64,000 bases of DNA from a virus (IMGVR_UViG_3300034082_004296:32001-96000), one strand, 5' to 3'; shown: positions 18,807-28,470, counted from the first letter of the stretch. The notes: generated by a model not told the origin, from the letters alone. Numbers and translations are program-made.

Positions 18807-20079
18807 TTTCTATGGAGTACGAAATAAAGTTGATAACTTTAGAAAAGGTCTATTTTTAGACCCATATGATCAGCCGACCTACTTGACCTTTGCAATAGAT
18901 TTTAAGTTTGAGAGCATCCCTGAAGATGGTATAACTGGAACAAACACGACGATTGACCCATTATGGAAAAGCCCGCTCTTTGAAAAGGGATCAGAAGAAA
19001 ATTATAATAGTGCCCAAACATATTTAGGTTCGATCGGTTATAAGGACCGAGAGGAACGAATCGCAAAATTCAAGTCTATACTTGAGTACCTGACCTTTAA
19101 TGCGCCATGGTATTTTCAGTCAATCTCAGGCCTGGACAAGATGTGGGAGGTAGCGACTAACATGAGCGATGCACGTAAGAGCAAATCGGCAACTATTACT
19201 ATTGATACGATGGAAGCGATTGACTTAAGAATAACACAATTAGCAAATCTATATAGATCATCAATATACGATACTGTATACATGAGAGAGCTAGTACCAG
19301 ACAACTTGAGATGGTTCTGCATGGACGTGTATATAGCAGAGGCCAGAAATATTAGGTATAATCCAGCAGGACAATTTAGTAATGTTGCCAGTGCAATAGG
19401 CATAGACACAAGCGGAATAAATCGATTCTTGACTAATGCTGGTTCTGCTGCTAGTTCACTATTAGGCAATCGTGAGCTGGACCAGAGCAGCCCGTTAAAG
19501 CAGTTTGGTTTCGTAAAGTTTAAGTGTAGGCAGTGCGAGTTTGACTTTTCAGGCAGCTTTCCAGGAGGTCAAAAGCTTGATGTTTCGATGGAGACGACTG
19601 CTAAACCTACCGCAAATAGCTTCAAGATCAATGTCGGTTATTTTGAGGAGGAGAGTGAGTATAATGACTCTACTAAAATAACTGAAGATCCAGCGACTAG
19701 TTCAATTCGTAATCCATGGAACGCTCGAAACACGGCAGCTAATCTTCAGACTAGAATAGAAGGAGCATCTGATTTGCCTTTTGTTGGAGGATTCGTGGAT
19801 AATGCAAGACAGTATTCTCAAGACCGACTTCAAACGATTGGAGGACTTGTGAATCCCGCGCTTCGTGCTGCATTTAACTCATCCGGAATTAGGAGCATTG
19901 GGGATCTATATGCTGGTAACAATCCATTTACTGACGGCGAAGGAAAGACAATCAGCGGCAATTTTCCAAGAAACGACAGTTCAATCGCGAGCAGGGCTCA
20001 AGCATTATTAAATAACTCAATTTACCCAGATAAGTTTCCAAATAATGATGGTGACCGAAACCTGGGCAGAATCTACTAA
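18799..20079 (+). CDS. Putative tail-tube initiator (gp48/gp54-like)
   Basis: YFQSISGL..ITIDTMEAID tube-fold-like segment; baseplate cluster context. Confidence 0.45.
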   Translation: MHNFYGVRNKVDNFRKGLFLDPYDQPTYLTFAIDFKFESIPEDGITGTNTTIDPLWKSPLFEKGSEENYNSAQTYLGSIGYKDREERIAKFKSILEYLTFNAPWYFQSISGLDKMWEVATNMSDARKSKSATITIDTMEAIDLRITQLANLYRSSIYDTVYMRELVPDNLRWFCMDVYIAEARNIRYNPAGQFSNVASAIGIDTSGINRFLTNAGSAASSLLGNRELDQSSPLKQFGFVKFKCRQCEFDFSGSFPGGQKLDVSMETTAKPTANSFKINVGYFEEESEYNDSTKITEDPATSSIRNPWNARNTAANLQTRIEGASDLPFVGGFVDNARQYSQDRLQTIGGLVNPALRAAFNSSGIRSIGDLYAGNNPFTDGEGKTISGNFPRNDSSIASRAQALLNNSIYPDKFPNNDGDRNLGRIY

Positions 20080-20090
20080 TATAATACTAT

Positions 20091-20771
20091 ATGATGTTAG
20101 ACCGTAATCACGACATATCAAACAGGGACATAAACGACCTATTGGATAAGCAATTCTTAGGAGTTGTCGAGCTCATAGACGACCCTAGAAAGGAAGGTCG
20201 AGCCAGGGTTAGAGTATATAGCATCCATGACGATCTGCCCGCTGAGGATATACCATGGGCATATCCTAAAAACAAGAGTCTGTTCTTTGGACAAGGAGGC
20301 AAGGCCGGTTCAATCTCTATACCTAAAGTAGGAAGTATTGTTGCCGTTAGATTTGACAATGGTAATCCATACTCACCAGAATATTTTGCAATCCACGAAT
20401 TAGCACAAGATATCAAGGATGAGTTGAATACTGAGTATGATGGAAGCCATATCATTCTATTCGATGGAGACCAGGAGTTAAAGCTGTGGTTTACCGTAGG
20501 CAAAGGGCTAACTATCTCAGTAAAGGGCGCAAGTATTAACTTAGCACCGGATAACCTAATAACAATCAAGACTGATAATAAGGTGGTAGTTGATTCACCT
20601 AATATCGAATTAGGGTCACCAGACATTCCAAGCATATCAGAATATCTATTAAAGGGGGAGACTTTTCTTAACATGTTTAATACTCATGTACACCCATCAT
20701 CTGGCACTCCACCGCTAACTCCGATACTTCCAGACAGTGGAGTAATAAGCGGAACCACAAAAACTAAATAA
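20091..20771 (+). CDS. Baseplate central spike (gp5 OB-fold/gpV-like, no lysozyme domain)
   Basis: GVVE..DDP..EGRARVRV..H....IPWA, IPKVGSIVAVRFDNG; C-terminal NTHVH metal-binding tip. Confidence 0.85.
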   Translation: MMLDRNHDISNRDINDLLDKQFLGVVELIDDPRKEGRARVRVYSIHDDLPAEDIPWAYPKNKSLFFGQGGKAGSISIPKVGSIVAVRFDNGNPYSPEYFAIHELAQDIKDELNTEYDGSHIILFDGDQELKLWFTVGKGLTISVKGASINLAPDNLITIKTDNKVVVDSPNIELGSPDIPSISEYLLKGETFLNMFNTHVHPSSGTPPLTPILPDSGVISGTTKTK

Positions 20772-20773
20772 AG

Positions 20774-21355
20774 ATGGCACTAGAAGATCAAGCAAAAGCA
20801 GTAACTAAATTAGGATCACTAGGAACAGATATTCCTGGATTAGACGCAGATAGCGTGATTGAAAACCTGATCAAAAGGGACGAGAATCTTGGTAAATACT
20901 TAACAATGATTGATAATGCAAAAGCAGAAAAGGTATATCGCGGAATGTCTGAAGAAGAGGCAGAGGTGTCAGCTGAAGAGTCAAAGAAAAAAGTACTTGA
21001 AGAGATAAAAAAGAATCTTAAACCTGCAGTCGAGGAAGATATTATTAAGATGAAACAGGAATACAAGACAGCAAAGGAAGCACTTGACTCGATTCCGACT
21101 GAGACTCAAGCAACTGTCGCGACTGCTGCGTTACCTGCTGCACTTCATCCAGCAGTACCAAATCCAGCATATACTCTAGGCATTGCATTACAGACAAAAA
21201 AGAATCTACTTAAGACTCTTAATATAGTCCTGTCATCTCTAACCACTGTAATAACACTGGCTAATAAATTAAAGTTTGAGTTGCCACCAGTTGTGTTAAC
21301 CCTAGTTAGCACCCTAACGATTGTGACAACAGGCCTCTCACTTATTCCAGGTTAA
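20774..21355 (+). CDS. Hypothetical protein, baseplate cluster
   Basis: 193-aa ORF; coiled coil followed by a hydrophobic C-terminus. Confidence 0.65.
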   Translation: MALEDQAKAVTKLGSLGTDIPGLDADSVIENLIKRDENLGKYLTMIDNAKAEKVYRGMSEEEAEVSAEESKKKVLEEIKKNLKPAVEEDIIKMKQEYKTAKEALDSIPTETQATVATAALPAALHPAVPNPAYTLGIALQTKKNLLKTLNIVLSSLTTVITLANKLKFELPPVVLTLVSTLTIVTTGLSLIPG

Positions 21356-21629
21356 TCCCATTATCAAACTTATATTTTTCCCAATCTTGCTTATTCATTA
21401 GGTCAGGAAAGCGCTCTCCTCCATTACAGGATTCTTTGACATATAGCTTGCCTGGTATATCACAGCCGCAATATACACAATATTCTAGCCTTACGCACTC
21501 GTCTTTACAAATCATTGCACGATAGGCGACCTGTTCCTTTTCGTGTTCAGGCAGAAGATACATCTTGTCCCCAAGCATCTTGAGGTTACCTTCAATGTAG
21601 TGCTTAATATTTTTTAGAGTTATTTTCAT
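21342..21629 (-). CDS. Hypothetical Cys-rich (putative Zn-binding) protein
   Basis: CKDEC..CVYCGC..C. Confidence 0.65.
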   Translation of the reverse strand: MKITLKNIKHYIEGNLKMLGDKMYLLPEHEKEQVAYRAMICKDECVRLEYCVYCGCDIPGKLYVKESCNGGERFPDLMNKQDWEKYKFDNGINLE

Positions 21630-22390
21630 TGTTTCATCATTTTTTTTTCGACTTTAGTTATCTTACGTGCTTCATATCCTCCTCTAGCAGCATTAATTAA
21701 TTTTATGTGATTTACTACATCGATTAGCTGATCAAAGCGCCAAGCATCCTCTAATAGGTGGGTTTCGTTGAATTCATTGATGCTAAAAGTGGACTCTAGA
21801 AAGGTTGCGCCAAGCATCGAAGCACCTAATAAGAGTATGTCCGGCGTCATGAAGGAGTTATTCTTAAAACCTATTGAGTACTTTTTTTCAAATTCGATTG
21901 AGATAGCTTGAAGGTATTTTATGTAGTCAAGTCGAGGTTCCCCAAAAGAGTGATGGACTACCATATCTGGCTGAGATGCCTCGATCGCTCGGTCGATCTC
22001 ACGTTGAGAGTTGCCGCCAGTATAGAGAACAAGATAATCTGAACAGTCCCGAGCATGTGCAAGAAGGGTAAAATCCTTTAATCGAGCTTCAGAAATTCCC
22101 AACATAAAGCCTGTACCTCCGTTTGGAAGCTTAGAATAGTATGGACGAGCTAAGTCTACATCACGAATAGAGGAGACTACTGGAAACCATGAAATTTCTC
22201 GTTCTCTACACTCTAAATCAATTTCATCGTATTCTAAAGGCGAAGTGATGCTGCTCTTAGCCGGATCGAGCGCCAAATAATTGATTATGCCAGGATTAAA
22301 TGATCGGATCACATTTTTTATCCTGATCAAATTATTTGCGGTGTCCTGATTAGTCCAATCTATTGATAAACATATTTTTGCTTTTTCCAT
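21626..22390 (-). CDS. Degenerate NeuB/SpsE-like (sialic acid synthase TIM barrel) protein
   Basis: LVLYTGG..REIDRAIE, IGF, GASMLGATFLESTFSI, ARG..RKITKVE follow the NeuB pattern, but the catalytic His motifs are missing. Confidence 0.55.
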   Translation of the reverse strand: MEKAKICLSIDWTNQDTANNLIRIKNVIRSFNPGIINYLALDPAKSSITSPLEYDEIDLECREREISWFPVVSSIRDVDLARPYYSKLPNGGTGFMLGISEARLKDFTLLAHARDCSDYLVLYTGGNSQREIDRAIEASQPDMVVHHSFGEPRLDYIKYLQAISIEFEKKYSIGFKNNSFMTPDILLLGASMLGATFLESTFSINEFNETHLLEDAWRFDQLIDVVNHIKLINAARGGYEARKITKVEKKMMKQ

Positions 22391-22454
22391 TAGAACCTTT
22401 TCTTTTTTTCTTATACAATATAGATTAGATCTAGTTTAGAAAAAATCCCAATTA

Positions 22455-23462
22455 ATGGATCACTATGCAAATTTAGGAGTTCCCAAGACTGCTACCCAAG
22501 AAGAGATAAAAAAAGCATATCGAAAGCTTGCAGTAAAGTATCACCCAGACAAGACTAATGGTAACAAGGAGTCGGAAGAGCTTTTTAAAAAGATTTCAGA
22601 CTCATATACTGTGCTCTCAGATGAAAGGAAGAGGGAAGAGTATGATAAAAAATCTAGAGTAAATTCTAACTGGTCTTCAGGATATGAGAGCACGGGTTTT
22701 GGATTTGACGATTTTGTGAGAAATTTTGCGGATGCCGACTTTAGAAGAAGATCGAGTGATCGCGCAAGAAAGACACAGGGACGCACTCATCCAACTCCAC
22801 CTAAAACCGAACATCTTAATATTTATGTACACGATAAAATAGATTTAAAGGACGCGATTTTAGGTAAAAAGATCGAGATAAGTTTTAGTAGAGAAAAAAT
22901 AAATTATACTGGCAAGGCAGGTAACACGTTAACCTTTGATAAGATCGATGAGGAGAAAGAGATTAACATTAGTATCGACCTTAGAAAAAAATACATTGCG
23001 ATTAAACGTGATACTGGAGCATACATAATATCTGCTAGGGTACCTGGTCTAGGAAATGAGGATGTAATCACACAGTTAAACATATGGGGAGAGATTGAAC
23101 AGGTTCCTCTGATGGGAGACTTGCATGTGACACTGGAACTAATTATGCCTGAAAACATTAGGATCGAGGATAACTGCGTGATACAAACAGTCGATATATC
23201 TTTATCAAAATTACTCTTTAATGAGACCAAGATCAAGATAGAGACGATTGTCGACAAAAAATACGAAGTTGACTTTAATGGTCCGAAATCTGCATCTAAT
23301 CTTAAGTTTTCAATACCTAATGAAGGACTGGTTGATGGCCAAGGTAAGATCGGAGAATACCTAGTAAAATTTAACGTGACCTTGCCTCAGGTTGAAGAGT
23401 TACCAAATAAGGATTTAGTAAAATTAAAGTCGATATTATTAAATTGCGAAAATAAAACTTAA
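22455..23462 (+). CDS. dnaJ: DnaJ-family co-chaperone
   Basis: J-domain with HPD (YHPDK), G/F-like linker and C-terminal substrate domain (GDLHV); no Zn finger. Confidence 0.92.
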   Translation: MDHYANLGVPKTATQEEIKKAYRKLAVKYHPDKTNGNKESEELFKKISDSYTVLSDERKREEYDKKSRVNSNWSSGYESTGFGFDDFVRNFADADFRRRSSDRARKTQGRTHPTPPKTEHLNIYVHDKIDLKDAILGKKIEISFSREKINYTGKAGNTLTFDKIDEEKEINISIDLRKKYIAIKRDTGAYIISARVPGLGNEDVITQLNIWGEIEQVPLMGDLHVTLELIMPENIRIEDNCVIQTVDISLSKLLFNETKIKIETIVDKKYEVDFNGPKSASNLKFSIPNEGLVDGQGKIGEYLVKFNVTLPQVEELPNKDLVKLKSILLNCENKT

Positions 23463-23508
23463 AAAGTTTAAAGAAGCCCTTAATAAATAATAAAAAATAT
23501 TTTGGGCT

Positions 23509-25485
23509 TTGTCAAATCTAAAATCAGCACAAACTAACACTAACGATTGGGTACTAATCGTTGAAAATGTAGGTGAAAAACTTCAAGTAAGGGATTCATC
23601 TACGACTGGCACAGTCCTCGAAGGAGTATGTGCGGTATTCGGTCAGATGAATAACAATCGCCGAGTATACGAAAAAACGGAATACTTACCTCACCTTACC
23701 TATCTTCAAGAAAAGATTAATAAGCGTCAGTTAGTAGGAACGGTTGACCACCCTCAACATTTCGAACCAAAATTAAGCGAAGCTTCACACATTATTGAAG
23801 GCTTAACATATGACGGTGGAGATAAAGTATACATTAAAGTAAGACTCCTAGAAAACACTCCACATGGTAAATTAGCGAAAGCATTACTTGACGGAGGAGT
23901 TCAGTTATCAGTTTCTTCAAGAGCAGCTGGACAGGTAAGTGAGAGTGGTTATGTAAAATTACAGCGAATCTTTACCTATGACTTAGTAGGAGAACCTGGA
24001 TTTACTGATGCAATTCTACGTAAAACAGTTAGTGAATCACTAAAGAATGACTTTTCAATGATTACTGAGAGTTATAACTCGATGAAGGAAAACTCTTTTA
24101 TTCATAAGTCTGGACTAATGGATATTTCAGAAAATTTAAACTTTGCAGATAATTTTAAAGTCTATAAGATAAATAAATTAGAAAATGGTTCAGGAACACA
24201 GTTCCGAGGAACTTTGCAAGAACAAAAAAATAACAACACAATGGCCGAGTTTGTAACAAAAGAACAAATGGACAAATATTCAGAAGTTCTTAAAACACAA
24301 TTCAATGGAATTAAAAAAGAACTTAAAAATCACAAGTCTGTTTTGGAGTCTGCTCAATCAGGTAATGGATCAACTAATTCAGAATTAGTTGGATTCGTAA
24401 ATTATTTAGCAGAATCTCTAGAAGGAGTGATTAATTTCGCTGATTATCTTTCTCACAAACTAAACGAGTCAGTTAAATATACTGAGCACGTTTCTGAGAC
24501 AGTTAACAACTCTATCGATTATTCTTCTTATTTAGGAGAAAAATTGAACCAGTCAGTTAACTATCAAGATTACCTTTCAACTAAGGTGAACGAGTCAATC
24601 AACTACGCAGAGTATATTAAAGAAAATGTAAACAATTCTATTAAGTACCAAAATTATTTGGCTGAAGAACTAGATAAAGGATTACAGTATGTTGAATACG
24701 TTGCTGAAGGAACTAATCGTTCTATTGAGTTCGGAGAATATCTTTCAGAAAATATTAACTTAAACAGAGATTACTCTCAATATGTTGCTGAAAAATTAGG
24801 ACAGTCTATTGGATACTCTGAATATTTAGCTGAATCTCTAGGAGACGGAAACCATGTAGGTACTCGAAATGTTTTAGGTAAAGTTTCTAAATTAAATGAA
24901 TCTAATTCAATTGACAATCTAATCTCTAAGGTTGATCAAGTGATTACTGAAGTAAACGATAAGTCATCTAAAGCAGTTCTTGAGAGCAAGTATCCTTTCT
25001 TAAAGGTTATGGGAGAAGCAAACAAGAAAGTTTTCTTTAACTTACAATCAGACACTAAACAAGCTATCGTTGAAGCTCTTAACGGATCAGTTTGGTTTAA
25101 CGAAAACGACATCGTTGGTATCATGGAAGCTGTTGTAAATCACAAAGAACAAAATATTCCTACCTATATCAGATTCATGCCAGTAGAATACAAAGCTACT
25201 TGGAACGAAATGAATGAAAACGAAAAAAGTAAAGTTCACGCAAAAGCACAGCTTTATACAGTAAACACTCCATACCAAGTTAAAGCATTTTGGGATGATA
25301 TTGATATGAGAGGAATCAATGAAAGAATTGAAACACAAAAATATAACACAAAAATAACGCAACAACTCAACGAGAGCCAAAGTACAGAAGGCTTAATACC
25401 TGTAAATCAGGTTGTTGAGATGCAGAGAGGTTACTCTCAAGGTTACTTAGAAACAATGTTGAGAAACGCTGGTTCTAGATTGTAA
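23509..25485 (+). CDS. Prohead protease (gp21-like) fused to scaffold/core protein
   Basis: NNNRRVY, GTVDHP (His), SVSSRAAG (Ser), TYDLVGEPGF; long coiled-coil C-terminus; TTG start after ATAAATA 23483-23489. Confidence 0.9.
   Translation: MSNLKSAQTNTNDWVLIVENVGEKLQVRDSSTTGTVLEGVCAVFGQMNNNRRVYEKTEYLPHLTYLQEKINKRQLVGTVDHPQHFEPKLSEASHIIEGLTYDGGDKVYIKVRLLENTPHGKLAKALLDGGVQLSVSSRAAGQVSESGYVKLQRIFTYDLVGEPGFTDAILRKTVSESLKNDFSMITESYNSMKENSFIHKSGLMDISENLNFADNFKVYKINKLENGSGTQFRGTLQEQKNNNTMAEFVTKEQMDKYSEVLKTQFNGIKKELKNHKSVLESAQSGNGSTNSELVGFVNYLAESLEGVINFADYLSHKLNESVKYTEHVSETVNNSIDYSSYLGEKLNQSVNYQDYLSTKVNESINYAEYIKENVNNSIKYQNYLAEELDKGLQYVEYVAEGTNRSIEFGEYLSENINLNRDYSQYVAEKLGQSIGYSEYLAESLGDGNHVGTRNVLGKVSKLNESNSIDNLISKVDQVITEVNDKSSKAVLESKYPFLKVMGEANKKVFFNLQSDTKQAIVEALNGSVWFNENDIVGIMEAVVNHKEQNIPTYIRFMPVEYKATWNEMNENEKSKVHAKAQLYTVNTPYQVKAFWDDIDMRGINERIETQKYNTKITQQLNESQSTEGLIPVNQVVEMQRGYSQGYLETMLRNAGSRL
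24241..25485 (+). CDS. Probable nested in-frame scaffold protein (internal start MAEFVTKE)
   Basis: Internal GATAAATA at 24168-24175 and A-rich AAAAAAATAACAACACA directly before in-frame ATG 24241. Confidence 0.55.
   Translation: MAEFVTKEQMDKYSEVLKTQFNGIKKELKNHKSVLESAQSGNGSTNSELVGFVNYLAESLEGVINFADYLSHKLNESVKYTEHVSETVNNSIDYSSYLGEKLNQSVNYQDYLSTKVNESINYAEYIKENVNNSIKYQNYLAEELDKGLQYVEYVAEGTNRSIEFGEYLSENINLNRDYSQYVAEKLGQSIGYSEYLAESLGDGNHVGTRNVLGKVSKLNESNSIDNLISKVDQVITEVNDKSSKAVLESKYPFLKVMGEANKKVFFNLQSDTKQAIVEALNGSVWFNENDIVGIMEAVVNHKEQNIPTYIRFMPVEYKATWNEMNENEKSKVHAKAQLYTVNTPYQVKAFWDDIDMRGINERIETQKYNTKITQQLNESQSTEGLIPVNQVVEMQRGYSQGYLETMLRNAGSRL
24403..24843 (+). repeat. About 11 copies of a 14-aa (42-nt) coiled-coil repeat in the scaffold
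   Basis: YLAESLEGVINFAD/YLSHKLNESVKYTE/HVSETVNNSIDYSS/YLGEKLNQSVNYQD/YLSTKVNESINYAE/... Confidence 0.85.
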
Positions 25486-25513
25486 CAAAAAACTAAAAAA
25501 ATCATTTTAACAA

Positions 25514-27172
25514 ATGGCACGTACTAAAATTTTCAAACGTTCAAGCGACAATCGCTTAGCGAACACATGGCAGCCGATTTTAGAAGGTTACGGTGCTGAT
25601 GTTGCTAAGACTCCATGGTTAGCTGAGTATGCTCACAACCACGCGATCTTTGATAACACTACACCTATCTTCGAGCAAACGACTCCAGGTGTATTTTTCC
25701 AAACTCCAGGTTCTCTTGGTGGTTTTATGGGGAACCCATCAGCTCCAACATCAGCAATGACTCCGTTCACTGCAGGTGCTAAGAATTCTTTCTCAGCTGA
25801 TGCTAACGGTTCAGGTGATAAATTTCCATCACTTTTACCAGTTGCTATTCAAGTAGCAGCAAAAACTATTGGTTTTGACCTAGTTCCAGTTATCCCTATG
25901 GATTCTCCAGTTGGATTCCTTCCTTACTTGGATTATCTATATGCTGGCGGTAGAACTTCTACTGGTAACTTCGATCCTTATTTGGTTAAGTTAGAAGGTT
26001 TAACATCAGATAGCTTCGCTGTTGCTCTTACTCCTGGTGATGCAGTAGCTATTGTTCCTGCTGGTGATTTCACAGCAGAGTTCGTTGGTTATTCACGTGT
26101 AGACGGTACAATAATCATCAAGATCACAGACGACGGTTCAGTTGACGGCGCTACTACTGCTGCTGCAGAGTATGTTGGTGCAGCGATTACTATCGATGGT
26201 AACGCCCTTGTTGTTGGTGCTGCATGTACTGGAGTTTCTCTAGTTTCTGCATTAGAAAACCACATCTCTGGTTTCACTTCAGTATCTGATGCAGATTACG
26301 CAACTACTCCATTCAATGGTTCTTACCTTCCTTCTACAGGATCTGTACCTGGATCAATGAAGAGAGAAGCTGGTGAAAACTCTAAATTCCGTCAAATGGG
26401 ATTAAGAATGTTCACTAAGTTTGTTGAGGCTGAGACTGACCAAGTTTCTATCTCTGCAACTGTTGAGCAGATCCAAGACTTGAACAGAGTTTGGAACTAT
26501 GACGTTATCTCTATGTTAGAGAACGTAGCGGTTAATGACTTGGCTCAATCAATCAACAAAAGATTAGTTGACCGTGTATTACAATTAGCTGATGTTCACT
26601 CTACAGAAGTTAACTTAGTTGAAGGTGGTGGTGGTGTTATTACTGACCTTGACTTGACTGCTGGTGGATTTGATAACACTTCTACATTACAAAGAAGATT
26701 AGTTACTAAAGTTCTTGAAATGGCAAACTTGATTTACCATAGAGGACGTTTCGGAGCTGGTACTTTCTTAGTAACTAATGGACGTGTTGCTTCTGCAATG
26801 GCTGATGTTGCTGGTTACTCAATCGCGCAAGTTCCAACTGATATGGGTGGAGTTGCAGGTAACCTTTACCCAGCTGGTAAAGTTTATGGAGTACAAGTTT
26901 ACGTTGATCCTAACATGGCTTGGGGAGACTCAAGAATCATGATTGGTCGTAAAGGTGCTGACGAAGAGCCAGGTGTTAAATTCATGCCATATATCATGGC
27001 TGAATCTCTTCAGACTATTTCTGAAGGTACATTCTCTCCAAAAATCGGTATGAAATCAAGATACGCGATTACTGAAGCTGGATGGCATCCTGAAACTCAG
27101 TACATTAATATTAATGTTACTGGAGCTGCTCTTGGAGTTCTTACAGGTTCAAATGTACTAGTAGGTATCTAA
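25514..27172 (+). CDS. Major capsid protein (gp23-like)
   Basis: DLVPVIPMDSPVG, TVEQIQDL, INKRLV, FMPYI, FSPKIGMKSRYA; strongly biased codons. Confidence 0.95.
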   Translation: MARTKIFKRSSDNRLANTWQPILEGYGADVAKTPWLAEYAHNHAIFDNTTPIFEQTTPGVFFQTPGSLGGFMGNPSAPTSAMTPFTAGAKNSFSADANGSGDKFPSLLPVAIQVAAKTIGFDLVPVIPMDSPVGFLPYLDYLYAGGRTSTGNFDPYLVKLEGLTSDSFAVALTPGDAVAIVPAGDFTAEFVGYSRVDGTIIIKITDDGSVDGATTAAAEYVGAAITIDGNALVVGAACTGVSLVSALENHISGFTSVSDADYATTPFNGSYLPSTGSVPGSMKREAGENSKFRQMGLRMFTKFVEAETDQVSISATVEQIQDLNRVWNYDVISMLENVAVNDLAQSINKRLVDRVLQLADVHSTEVNLVEGGGGVITDLDLTAGGFDNTSTLQRRLVTKVLEMANLIYHRGRFGAGTFLVTNGRVASAMADVAGYSIAQVPTDMGGVAGNLYPAGKVYGVQVYVDPNMAWGDSRIMIGRKGADEEPGVKFMPYIMAESLQTISEGTFSPKIGMKSRYAITEAGWHPETQYININVTGAALGVLTGSNVLVGI

Positions 27173-27194
27173 TCTTAATAGACAGATATAAATT

Positions 27195-27223
27195 AAAGAG
27201 GATTCGAAAGAGTCCTCTTTTTT
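27195..27223 (+). terminator. Intrinsic terminator after the capsid gene
   Basis: AAAGAGGATTC-GAAA-GAGTCCTCTTTTTT. Confidence 0.85.
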
Positions 27224-27260
27224 GTTTATGGAGATAAATAATAAAAAACTTATAGAAATT

Positions 27261-27629
27261 ATGACAAGTTTAATGTCAACATTCTTAGGAATACAATCTC
27301 AATTTAAAGTGTTTCATTGGCAGACACAATCTTATGCTAAACATCAAGCATATGGTGGAATATATGATACACTTAGTGAATTATCTGACGATTTTATGGA
27401 AATATACATGGGAAAATACGGTCGAGTAGCCCTAGAGGGAGATACTGATTCTATCTTATTAGGTAATATTGGAGAAGTAAACATAGAGGAATTCCTGGAC
27501 ACTATTGTAGAATTCTTATTAAGTTTTAATCATAAGCTAGATGGTAACAAGGACAGTGATCTCTTAAATCTTAGAGATGAGATGCTAGCTGCAATTAATA
27601 AGCTTAAATACTTATTAACTCTAAAATAA
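27261..27629 (+). CDS. Ferritin/Dps-like four-helix protein
   Basis: HWQT.SYAKHQA...YD...D.FME.Y.G; start revised to ATG 27261, after ATAAATA 27234-27240. Confidence 0.75.
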   Translation: MTSLMSTFLGIQSQFKVFHWQTQSYAKHQAYGGIYDTLSELSDDFMEIYMGKYGRVALEGDTDSILLGNIGEVNIEEFLDTIVEFLLSFNHKLDGNKDSDLLNLRDEMLAAINKLKYLLTLK

Positions 27630-27640
27630 TTTTAAGAAAG

Positions 27641-28246
27641 ATGTCATTTATAAATTGGGGACACGAGACACCTGAACAATTACAGGCTCGTAAAAAAATG
27701 GAAGATACTCTTCTTTTTGAACAGGCAGCATATAGTGCGGCAATGGCGGCAGCTGCCGCTGCGGGATCAAGCGCACCACTTAGTACATACATTGTGACTA
27801 TCGATACTGCATGGCTATATCCAATAGCTGATATTGACTATGTTCTTGAAACTACTGAGATTAACTTTGTACAGGAAGGAAATGATCTTATTTTTAATAC
27901 ACTAGGCGATCTTACTGATTTTTACGATGAGGTATTTATTAAAACATCTGAGAGTCAGCCAGTAGGGAATGTTGGATATTCACTTGGAGTAGGTACACTA
28001 TTGTTAGAAAAGAGAAAATCTCTTAATTTAAAACTTAGTACTGGAGAAAAGGTTGTTACGTGGAGATTATTTGAACAATTAACAAATCAAGAGGACGTAC
28101 TTAGTCCAGGAAATTCGCCAGATGGCACCATTGGATATGGTTCTATCTACAACGATTATGATCTAAATGGAATACAAGATCCAACTAATGCAAGCCCGCC
28201 TCCTGCATATTCAGATCCACTCAGAATTATTAAGTATATTGATTAA
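27641..28246 (+). CDS. Hypothetical (probably virion) protein
   Basis: 201-aa ORF with LFE followed by a poly-Ala linker. Confidence 0.65.
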   Translation: MSFINWGHETPEQLQARKKMEDTLLFEQAAYSAAMAAAAAAGSSAPLSTYIVTIDTAWLYPIADIDYVLETTEINFVQEGNDLIFNTLGDLTDFYDEVFIKTSESQPVGNVGYSLGVGTLLLEKRKSLNLKLSTGEKVVTWRLFEQLTNQEDVLSPGNSPDGTIGYGSIYNDYDLNGIQDPTNASPPPAYSDPLRIIKYID

Positions 28247-28251
28247 ACAAC

Positions 28252-28279
28252 AAAAGAGGACTTATGTGTCCTCTTTTTT
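28252..28279. terminator. Bidirectional intrinsic terminator
   Basis: AAAAGAGGAC-loop-GTCCTCTTTTTT. Confidence 0.85.
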
Positions 28280-28282
28280 AGT

Positions 28283-28470
28283 ATGGCGGGCTCTCTTAAC
28301 CGAGAGAATAAACTAGTTCAAATGAAATTTGAGTTTATGATGGCATCCTTTTGAGCTCGTGAATCTTGAATTTTGAATATTCATCGCAATCAAACATCGG
28401 TTCTAGATAGTGTGTAGGGCATTGCTGCTCTTATAAACTTGCATACTCTTGCTCAGGTTAAGATCGCCCA
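28283..28470 (-). ncRNA. Putative structured RNA of about 190 nt, 3' of the DIP1984-like gene
   Basis: Nested pairings GGGC/GCCC, UCUUAACC/GGUUAAGA, AGAGUA/UAUUCU, AGUUUAU/AUAAACU, GCAAU/AUUGC; internal AUUCAAA-AUUCAAG-AUUCACG repeats; longest ORF-free gap in the window. Confidence 0.6.

Noticed and set aside
24403-24843. CRISPR-like or DNA-level repeat
   Set aside because: The periodicity is at protein level (14 aa) with degenerate codons.
28283-28470. tRNA, CRISPR mini-array or small ORF in the gap
   Set aside because: No cloverleaf or T-loop, repeats are only about 7 nt without spacers, and no convincing ORF. Kept as a structured RNA candidate.
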